IMG/VR virus record: IMGVR_UViG_3300044648_000041
Coordinates: 1 to 54,533 of that record
From: a virus
Taxonomy: Duplodnaviria; Caudoviricetes
Reading direction: 5' to 3' (one strand)
DNA length: 54,533 nucleotides
A program made the position numbers and the translations under genes. Shown here one piece after another: positions 1-9,100 of the stretch. Position 1 is the first letter of the stretch. The number at the start of each line of letters is the position of its first letter. The notes under the pieces were generated by a model, which saw nothing but the letters and a program-made list of their open reading frames with translations, was not told the origin of the DNA and searched no databases.

Positions 1-127
1 AGTCCGCACGAGTAGCGGTTTCCAATGTGCTGATTGGATCCACCGTTGAACACCACCAGGGCGGTACCGTTGGCACCGAAGGGCGCATATATCAGGCTAC
101 CGCTTATACGGTCCCCGGCGCCGTTAT
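1..127. repeat. 127-bp end overlap, left copy
   Basis: 1..127 is identical to 54407..54533 (agtccgcacg...ccgttat). Confidence 0.97.
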
Positions 128-986
128 GCCGTACCTGTTGGGTGCGGCACCCTTCGAAGTGGCTAGCTTCTACTTCGCACCCGCCGCTGCTACTGAACGC
201 CGCCCAACAGCGGTTCGTAGTCGTGGACCGGTGCCATACGTGCGCATTGATGAATCGACCGTTACCGAAGGGGTCCACCTGGATACCGTTAAAACCGTTG
301 TCCGCTGCTTGCGATGCGTCGATAACCATAAGGTTTTCGACAAATGAATCATGGGGACCATTGAACCGCCACCCGTGGTACCCGACTCCATCTATGACGA
401 TATCGCGGAATGTTCCTTCCATCGACACACTACCGTCACCCCACTGGGTACGCATACCGTCATGGCGGCAATTGCGAATGTACAAACTTTGGAAGTGCAT
501 ACCGTAACCCCATATCGCAATCCCGCAACCGGCGGTAGGGTTGTTCGGCATGTTGCCGTCAATGGTGAAGTTCTTTAAAACTACGTTGTTCGCGCCGTCT
601 GTCAGGCTGTACGTGGGGTAGTTGAACAAACCCGCGGCACCGTATCCGGTAATCACGCTGGCGTTCGAACCCGGGGCGGCTTTCAATATGGTGTTGTAGC
701 GGGACTCGCCGCTGATAATGTCCCTGTGCTGGACCGTGAGGTTTACTTCATATTCATGCGCACGGAAGAAGAGTTCCCCGGACCGTGCCCGTGCCGCGGC
801 TTGCGCGTCGGCTATGGTGGGGTAGTCGTCCACTACCACCAGTTCGGCGCCGCCGTTTACTGGGTTGCCCGAATTCGAAATGCGTATGTCTAGGTCATCA
901 ATGGCGGACGCGACTACCGCGAAATTACTATCTATCTTCTCCGCGTCTGCGTATGCTTCCCTGCTGGCTACAGATTCTATTGGCAT
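1..986 (-). CDS. Tailspike 2 (right-handed beta-helix, pectate lyase-like), 5' part; continues across the junction to 54034 (452 aa total)
   Basis: Manual translation from ATG 986 (TAATG overlap with upstream stop): MPIESVASREAYADAEKIDSNF...GESRYNTILKAAPG...LKNFTIDGN...; open to base 1 and in frame with ORF 54034..54462; absent from the ORF track. Confidence 0.85.
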   Translation of the reverse strand, partial: MPIESVASREAYADAEKIDSNFAVVASAIDDLDIRISNSGNPVNGGAELVVVDDYPTIADAQAAARARSGELFFRAHEYEVNLTVQHRDIISGESRYNTILKAAPGSNASVITGYGAAGLFNYPTYSLTDGANNVVLKNFTIDGNMPNNPTAGCGIAIWGYGMHFQSLYIRNCRHDGMRTQWGDGSVSMEGTFRDIVIDGVGYHGWRFNGPHDSFVENLMVIDASQAADNGFNGIQVDPFGNGRFINAHVWHRSTTTNRCWAAFSSSGGCEVEASHFEGCRTQQVRHNGAGDRISGSLIYAPFGANGTALVVFNGGSNQHIGNRYSCG

Positions 987-2926
987 TAAGCCCCCATGAG
1001 TCCGTGTGCGCGTAGCATGTCGGTCAACGCTTTGACGCGTTCGGCCAGTTGCACGAGCGTTATAGTGGATGTGTCGTAGGCGGTCGCTTTGTTGGCGGTG
1101 CCCGTCATGGTGTTTGTCCATCCTGTTTCTTGCGCACCCACCACCTTTATTCCGCCAACAAACATTGAAGTACCAAGGTACAAGTTGCGCCATGCGGCGG
1201 TACCGGTAACACCTAAGTCCGTGGTGTTATGTAACAGCGGCTTGATCACACCGCTGAAGACGTGAGCCGCGCCCGTATGCGTCAACGTCCCTAAACCGGA
1301 GGACGCGCCGCCACCGGACGCTGTGACCCGTACGTCATAATCGGTATTAAGACCCGAGGAACGAAAATCAATAAAGGGTGTATTGCTTGCGGTGATTGAG
1401 CCAAGTTCTATTTTGGCGTCTTCTGATGGGACTTCTATGCTTCCAGCGCGTACCCGCACCATTACATTACTTGTCCCGCCGTCTGTTACCTGCGTTGCAA
1501 CCCCTGTGCCGAAAACGTTTTGCCCTGTAAAATTGTTATTCGCGCCGGACATGTATTCAACTGCCGTTTTTGCACTCTGGAAAACGTTATCGCTAATCAT
1601 GTTGTATTGCGCGCCGCTTTCCAACACGATAGCGTCAAGAGTGGAAGCACCGGCAGCGGCAACAAATACGTTATTTGAAAAATTGTTATAGGTCGATGTG
1701 CCGTTTACGTGAATACCCTTGACAACTACTAGCGCCCCGGAACGCGAGTAAATAAGGTTTTGAGATATGTTCGCTTGAGCGCAATTCGTTATCTCAATCG
1801 CTGTTACGTACGCATTGATATGATTGTTAATGCACTGTAGTTGTGGCTCTACAACAGCAGGGTTAAACACAACCCCTTTGTCAACGCTGACCAGGTTGCA
1901 GTTCTGCACGAACGCGCCTTCAACATCCGTGAACTTGATTGTTTCCAGCGCGTAGTACGCGTCGCAGTTCATTACGCTAATTTGAACGGGGCTTCCCGTA
2001 CCGGAGAACCGGCACATACTCTCTGAAATAATGTTGGTAGCAGTGGTAGTGTATTTCCCTGTGAAGTAGATTCCACGTATCTGAACCGCCATTACGTCAA
2101 CGCAATCTATTCCCACTCCCCAACCGTCAACGCTGGTAGAGGTAGCGCCTCTAAACTCAACGTCACTTACCAACAGTCTAGGCTTGCTTCTGCTCTGCAC
2201 AATGCCGCCCGAGAGCTGACCCGCTCCGTCTACATAGATAGCCGTTCCGGTTCCGGGTTTTTCAGTAACAAACGAGAGTCCCGATACGTCTATCCGGTAG
2301 TCGTCATCGGCTTGAGTAAAGGCTATGCCTGTAGACGCGGAAGCAGAATCCCACATAAGGCGGGTTGAGTTCATGCCCGCGCCGCGGAGCGTTAGCGCCT
2401 TGCCCGCGTGGGTGAGTTGCCCCGATAACGCATAGTCTCCGGACGGGACGTATATGTGTTTATTTGTGCTGCTTAAAGCCGCTTGGAATGCCGCTGTGTC
2501 ATCGGTAACGCCGTCGCCCACCGCTCCGTAGTCGACCACGTTTGTGATCGAGTCCGAAGAACTAGCAAACGTTACAGCGGCAAAGACGAGGGTGGAAGTA
2601 CCTATAACCGGATCCTCTGTAGTGAGGGTCCATAGCGTCAGGGCATTAATCGTGCCCTGCGCAACGTTAACGAGTGTCCCCTGTAAGGCGTCCCGGGTGC
2701 CGTCGAAGTCCGGCGCCCTTACCCAAGTCGTTACTTGGCAGTAGTAAATACCGTTTGTGGTGGCGTCTGCCTGGTCCTTGACTAGCACCCGATCTTCGGC
2801 TACGACTGCTACACCGTCGATTGTCTGTTCACCATAGAGCGTTATCGCGGCGTTGGTTGCTACCAGAACAGGCGCCTTGCAACCTAGTTCCCCCAGTAGT
2901 CCCTGTATACGGTCTATTACTGCCAT
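986..2926 (-). CDS. Tailspike 1 / depolymerase (beta-helix)
   Basis: N-terminal fibre domain (TIDGV..DRVLVKDQ..NGIY), NVVDYGAVGDGVTDDTAAFQAA pectate_lyase_3 start motif, Asn-rich helix rungs, FIDFRSSG..DYDVR module; ATG 2926 with GAGAGG RBS. Confidence 0.9.
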   Translation of the reverse strand: MAVIDRIQGLLGELGCKAPVLVATNAAITLYGEQTIDGVAVVAEDRVLVKDQADATTNGIYYCQVTTWVRAPDFDGTRDALQGTLVNVAQGTINALTLWTLTTEDPVIGTSTLVFAAVTFASSSDSITNVVDYGAVGDGVTDDTAAFQAALSSTNKHIYVPSGDYALSGQLTHAGKALTLRGAGMNSTRLMWDSASASTGIAFTQADDDYRIDVSGLSFVTEKPGTGTAIYVDGAGQLSGGIVQSRSKPRLLVSDVEFRGATSTSVDGWGVGIDCVDVMAVQIRGIYFTGKYTTTATNIISESMCRFSGTGSPVQISVMNCDAYYALETIKFTDVEGAFVQNCNLVSVDKGVVFNPAVVEPQLQCINNHINAYVTAIEITNCAQANISQNLIYSRSGALVVVKGIHVNGTSTYNNFSNNVFVAAAGASTLDAIVLESGAQYNMISDNVFQSAKTAVEYMSGANNNFTGQNVFGTGVATQVTDGGTSNVMVRVRAGSIEVPSEDAKIELGSITASNTPFIDFRSSGLNTDYDVRVTASGGGASSGLGTLTHTGAAHVFSGVIKPLLHNTTDLGVTGTAAWRNLYLGTSMFVGGIKVVGAQETGWTNTMTGTANKATAYDTSTITLVQLAERVKALTDMLRAHGLMGA

Positions 2927-2965
2927 GTAGTTTTCCTCTCGTGTAATGTGTAACCGAACGCGAGT

Positions 2966-2994
2966 ACTGTATGACAACGGGGATATAACATCAA
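2966..2994 (-). promoter_or_regulatory. Late-class sigma70-like promoter for tailspikes
   Basis: TTGATG-N17-TACAGT. Confidence 0.6.
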
Positions 2995-2997
2995 GGC

Positions 2998-3038
2998 AAA
3001 AAAAAAGCCGCACGTACCTTTCGGCTTAAACGTGCGGC
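2998..3038 (-). terminator. Intrinsic terminator
   Basis: GCCGCACGT/ACGTGCGGC stem followed by T9 on the minus strand. Confidence 0.85.
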
Positions 3039-3139
3039 GTTGTTACCTGTTAACCCCTACGAGAATTTCCGACTCTGAAGACCGGATCTGGTTCAGGGGT
3101 GCGGCCACCAAACTGGGCGACCTCGTGGGCTATGCCCAC
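2998..3139 (-). ncRNA. Candidate ~140-nt structured small RNA or attenuator leader
   Basis: Own promoter (TTGACG 3172-3167, TAGTAT 3150-3145), several hairpins, strong terminator, no credible ORF. Confidence 0.5.
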
Positions 3140-3175
3140 CACATATACTACACTTTCTTATGTAACCGTCAACTG

Positions 3176-6100
3176 TTACTTTTTCGGTGGTCCGGCGATG
3201 AGTGCTGTTAACACGTTCACCCCTTCTACCTTGCCTTCTTCTATGGCGATGATTCCTTCCATGGTGGCGTTAATCTGCCCCGCGGGGTAGTGGAGTATCG
3301 CCCCGGCTACCTGGTTCGCGGCTTTGAAAAAGGCTATATCCGCTTCACCTTGATTTGTTTGCGCGCCCAACTTGTAAAGGTCCGCGAAGAACCGCAAGCC
3401 CGCCGGACCCTGGTAGCCGAACCCTTGCCCGCCCGCTGCCACGTCGATAGCTACCCCGGCTTCACGCAACAGTACCATTTGGCCGAACAGAAAATTAAGC
3501 TGTTCGCTGGCCAGCTTCTCGCCTAGACATTCCAGGTCGTCGCCGCAACCACCTTTCAACAGTTCCTTCAACGCGACGGAAAACACGATAGGTACAGTGT
3601 TGAGTAGTAGCATATCGGTAGCCAGCATCGCTACCTGTGACGGTGACTTAAAGTTCGTACGCCGCACGGCTTCCACGTTCAGGTTATAAGTAGCGGAAAA
3701 GTAGCTGTAGAAGTTTGTAAAAATCTTCTGTAGCGGGCTTCCGCGTTGGACCTTCGCTAAGTCCTTCAACTGCCCGCCGGACTGGGAATCTAATACTGCC
3801 TGGTCCGCGAGTGCCGCCGCCTGTTCTTCAATCCGCGCGCGCTCGTCCGCTGTGGTCGCGTCCTGTAATTTGAGTTCGTCGGTCGCCCGTTCGTAGGCAC
3901 CTAGCCATGTGGGTATATCCACCATGCGCTGCATTTTGCCTATCATGGTGAAGTACGAAGCCTTGAACGCGGACACTTTATCACCCGCCCGTATGGTGTT
4001 AAGCACTTCGTTTATTTCCCGCTGCATGGTGCGGCCACGGTCCGTCATCAGTTTGGATTTACTGTTCACGAACTCGCCGCTGGTTAACGGCGATTTCATG
4101 AACTGCTTCACCCCGCGCGCGATGTACTTACCCCCGACACGTACCCACGACTGAGCAAGCCCCGACGGTTGCAACAGGGCGGTAGTCACGCGCCACCCCA
4201 TGCCCACCACGGTACTTCCAACCCGTAGCCGGTTGATTGCGGTTTCGGTTCCGTTCTTCGCGGGCGCGTCACCGGCGGCTATGTCTACCACCGTGTCGCG
4301 CAGGGTGCGAAGTATCTCCGCGCCGTAGTGCTGGCGTATTGGGTTGTCTAATGCCTTCAGTAAACGGTTCGCGTCCACTAGCCATTCTTGCCAGGCTAGC
4401 CGGTGCGTTACTTCGCTGACGTGTTGCGCGACCGCGTTGTAGCTTAAGAGTATGGGGCGGTTAATCACTGCTTCCGCCCGGGCTTTGGTGAACCCGTTCC
4501 TGGTGGCGCTAGCGTTAAAGGCGCCCTTCATACCCATGCGCAAGTCCGTTGCGGCTTCGAAGGATTCCGACCGGCTGGATAGTTCCGTGTCGTACTTGAC
4601 CGGGAAGTACCCACCCCTGTACGTGCCGTACTTCGTTTGCACCGGTGCGGGTTCAATCCACTGGGGTTCGATTCCGGTAAGCCGTTTTTCCAGTGAGGCT
4701 ACCCGGTCCTTATACGTGGCGATGTAATCCCAAACACCTTGTACGAAGTCCCATTCCTCTTTCGTCAACGTGTCCAGGACGGCTTCCGCTTGCGGTAGGG
4801 ATAGCGCACGGTTGCCCGTGATCCCACCGTCTAGTAGCCGCTGGCGGTTGCCTTCGTTGCCCCAGTTCATAGCGAACATGATTCGTTGCTCGTGACTCAT
4901 GGACAAGTTCGTACCGGGCACTAGCCGCTTTTTGGCGTAAATGTTCCCGGGTACCGGATCCTTCTTAATCTGTGAAAACAGTTTGGCCAATGCTTCGGTA
5001 GCTTCGGCTTTCATTTGTGTTTCATTATCACCGGCTTCGTTCATTGTCTTAAGAAAGTAGTTGAACATGAAGCCGTTGTTTTTACCCCCGTCCATTTCAC
5101 GCATGATGGAAGAGAATTTTCGGTGGTCCGCTGTCATTTGCCGCCACCATTTGCCCGCTATCCCTATCGCGTCGGTCGGGGTTGCCTTCTCTTCTACCGT
5201 CCGGTTCGCGTTGTCTTCGATGGACTGTAAGCCTTCCAGTACGATAGCGTCGAACTCGCGCTGGTCCTTCGCTGTAAGAAGTTTTTTCTTCAGTCGTCCC
5301 AAGTGTTCCACTTGCTTGATGGAATCCACGAAGCCGCGTAATTCTTCCATTGTCATATTTTTATATGACTTCAGCTTCGCTTCGTCCAGCTTTGACGGGT
5401 CGATAGCCGGTTCGAACCCTAATGCTTCCTGTTCGCTTACCCAGTCTGCGAGCGATTGCCTCTTGTCAATCTGTTTTAGGCTGGTGCCTTTCTTGAATTC
5501 GAACGGGCGTAGCAAGTCGTCAATTTGTTCCAGGTATTCCGGGTCGAGTCCGTCCCGGGTTCCCTTGTTCTGGAACTTGGCAACGTAGCGTAGAGCCTTC
5601 TCCACTTCCTTGGTGGCTTCTGCCGCGGCTTTGGCCAGGCGGTTATTCAGCAACGCCGCCCGCTGTGCGTGAACCGCGCCTTGCGGGTCTTTCCCCGCCA
5701 GCTTCATGGCTTCCTTGTTCGCTTGCGCTTCCGCCCGCTGGTACTGTGACGGGCGGAGGTCGCGCACCTTCCGACTGGCAATAGTGTTTTCGGCGGCGGC
5801 TTTCGCTGCCTTGCTGATCTGGTTTACAGGTAGCGGCGACTTGGAAAGAATCTTCAGGCCGGTAGCCATGAACCGCGCGCGTGCTTCGTTGTGGATTGCT
5901 GCTTCCGCTGCCCGCTGTATGTCTTCTTCGCTCGCCATTTCGCCATGACGTTCTAACATACGCTGGTCGGTAATCCCTTGGATTTTCTCTTTAGCGGTTT
6001 CGCCCGTGGTCAATTCCAGGATAAGGGCTTCGCCGGAAGGGAACCCGAACATTTGGGCGGCGAGTTCGGGGCTTAGACCCTCTGTAGAGGTCATGCCGCG

Positions 6101-9100
6101 TAGCTTGTCCTTGTCAAAGGTTACGAGTCCCGAAGCCGGGAACAACTCAGCCACGGCCTTGGAATCCAGTTTAAACCCTGCTTCCGCCTTGATTAAATCC
6201 CCGGTTTCGGGGTCCGTCGTTTCCCCCGTCTTCAAGAACGTGCGCGCTAGTTCGATAGGTTCTGCCATAACTTCGCGGTGTACTTCCTCTTCGACGGCTT
6301 TACGTTTTGCTTTAGCTTCGTTCTGTAATTCCTTGATTACTTTCTCTTTCGCATTGGATAGCCACTTCATATCACGAAGGCTACGGCTAGACATATCATC
6401 AATTGCCTGTTGCGTGGCTTGCTCGCCCAAGTCTAAGTAGTCCTGGAACTGTTTAGGAGTAATGCCCGCTTCTTCCGCGTTCTCGAAAATAGGAGCGTAG
6501 GACCGCACGGATTCCGCCGCGCGGATATTGTCTTCCGCCGCCAGTAGCCGGTCGAAAATTCCCCGTACTTCGTCGTTCAGCTTCCCGGCTAGCGGGTTCT
6601 GTTGCAAGAACTTTTCCAGCGAACGATATACGTTCAGCATCCACGCACGGAAACGCGCGAACACGGGTTGTAGTTCGGTGGTCGGGGCTTTCCCTTCCAG
6701 CATGTAGCGTTCAAAACTCTGTGCCCATTGTTCGTGATAAGGACGTTTTTGGTCCAGTGACATGGACCGCCATACTTCTTCAGGGGTACGCCCGGGCGGT
6801 AGCTCGCCGGGGGTTCCCGGGTCGCCGCCTTGGTTCAGCGTGTTGCGTGGTCCAGATAATACCCGCGGTGCGTAAATAGCTTCTTCGGCGTCCCCGGTCG
6901 GCGAAGACAAAACGTCCCTTCCATTAACGGTTTCTTCTAGGATTTGTCCGCGACCGTTTAGGCTCTTTCTTAGATGTTCTTCCGCGTAACGGTAGTCTAC
7001 AGTTACCCAGTCCCCCGGCCTTATCTCGCCTCCTTCGGATACCGCCCGGTAAATGGTTATATCGTCGTCGGGGTACCGCTCATCCTGTAACGTGTCAACG
7101 ATACGCCACAAGCGTACGGCGTCCGACGCATCGCCGTACAGAAGACTTGTATTGTTCGAAACCCAGTCCCAAACATTGTTTGGGATTTCATCAGGTGTTG
7201 TATACTCCGCGTCGAGTGCATCGGTGGGCGGGCGTTGAATCTTGGCTTTCTTTGTTTCTCCGTAGGGATCGCCGGTCAACTTGGATAACTCCGCCCTGAT
7301 TTTCGCGGCTTCTTTCTCCGCTACGTCGCGTTCCGGGGTGCCGTATTGGGAATTCATTATCTTCGCGTCGGCGGCTTTCAGTCGCTTTTGCAGAGAGATA
7401 ACGTTAGGCGATTGCCCCAAGTCCCCGCCCCGGGTACCGGCTTCCAGGTTCTCGTTCCCTGTTATCCCGAACCAATCCAGTGTCTTGCGGAAGTCGTCTT
7501 TAATCTGCTGCGGGGCTTCCGGTCGGCTTGCCAAGTCTGCCAGGGCTTCCAGGTAGAAGTGTCCGCCCTCGTGCAAGGTCGATGAAAGGTCCGCGCCCTT
7601 CAGTAAGGAAATGGTGAACGTGTCGGGGTTGTACCCGGCGCGGTTGCCTTGCGCAAGTTCCCGCATAGCGTCCAACTTTTCGCCGTTACGCTCAATTAAT
7701 GCCACCTTGTCAATGGTGGCTTGATCCCACAACACGTAGTTGTAGGTGCCCTTACCGTCCACGCGCGAGCCGCCGTCCAGGTATCGGTTTCCTACTATGC
7801 CGAGCGAATTAAGATAAAGCGCCGCTGCCTTGTTGTCGTGCCCTTCGTCTAGCGCCGCGTCTATCTCCGGAGAGATACCATAAATAACATTGTCGTTCGG
7901 CGCCCTGCGGTCTAGGATTTCGTTGTATAAGTCCGCGCCCGTGAGTTCGTTCCATTCCAGGTTTATGGATTCAAGATATTTGTCTAAGACTCGCTTTCCT
8001 TTCAACCGTGCCTTAAATTGTTCCAGTGCTTCCCGAACTTCAGGCGTCTGTTCGCTTAACGGTTTATCCCAATCCAACAGGCGCGGCAATACCGAATCTG
8101 GTATATCGAGGGTGTAGAGAGTACCGGGGTCATACACCACGATTTGACCGGACGCATTATCTAGCGAATCAATAGGCTGTAGTCTGTCCTCGTCGCCCAT
8201 CATGGCGAAGGCATGTTTATCTGTTGAGTTAATCCATCCCTGTTTTTTGGCGTACTCGTACGCTTCCTGTGCGCTCTCAAAGTCCGCGTTTGTCAGCGAT
8301 TCGGTAGCCATAACGGCGCTACCTATCATTCGCGTGGGACTACGCAAAGCCACCCGCCAGTCGCCGTCGCCGCTCATGTCTTCGATTACTACCGACGTGT
8401 TCACGTCGGCGTCTAAACTCCGGTTGTGTGGTCCCGATAACGTCTTGCGGTAGTCGTCCGCCACCCCCTGATTTTCCGCACTATACCAACCCCATCCGAA
8501 CGCCTGCGCGCCTTCCCCGGTCCCCATCTTATCAAGCCGCGGGCGCCCGTGCGGGAACCCCGGTTCCGGTGCCCATACGTGCGGCGTACCGTGGAAGACG
8601 GACTGGTTAAGCACTTGGGGTTCCCGTTTCATTTCGGGTTCACCTAGTGCGTTCGCCCTTTTCCCTGTAAGAACGAACCCGAGAGATTCATAAAATTTAA
8701 CTAGCTTGGCGGTACTCGTCTTTTTATCCAGTGCGGACGCGTCGAGGTAAACCGTTTTGCCTTCCCTATCCGCTTGCTGTAAAAACTGTTCCATTGCTTT
8801 TCGCGCGCTGCCCTTGCCCCTTTTCGCTTGCGGGGTGCGTACGGAATATATCTTCAACTTTTCGCCGGTAAAATCAAAACCGTATTGTATGGTGGTGTCC
8901 CCTACCTTAACGTCTGGTTTGGGTACATTCCCTTCGTTCGATGCGGAAAAATCGAACGCGTCTTCCCCTTGGTTCAAAATATTCCCGGCATTCATCGGCG
9001 CGAAATTCAAAGGCAATTGTTCGTACAACTGGGAAGGAGTCATACCCATTTTAGCAGCGTTCACGGCGTAGAACTCACGGAACGGTACCGCGTAGGCGGC

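Noticed and set aside
3060-3100. Hammerhead ribozyme (CTGAAGA on the + strand)
   Set aside because: The following stem is not followed by GAAA, so the core is incomplete
3050-3140. Canonical TPP riboswitch
   Set aside because: Lacks UGAGA and a clear P1/P2; only partial 3' resemblance, kept as an unknown RNA
1-3175. BPP-1-type diversity-generating retroelement at the tail fibre locus
   Set aside because: No reverse transcriptase ORF and no TR/VR repeat pair seen
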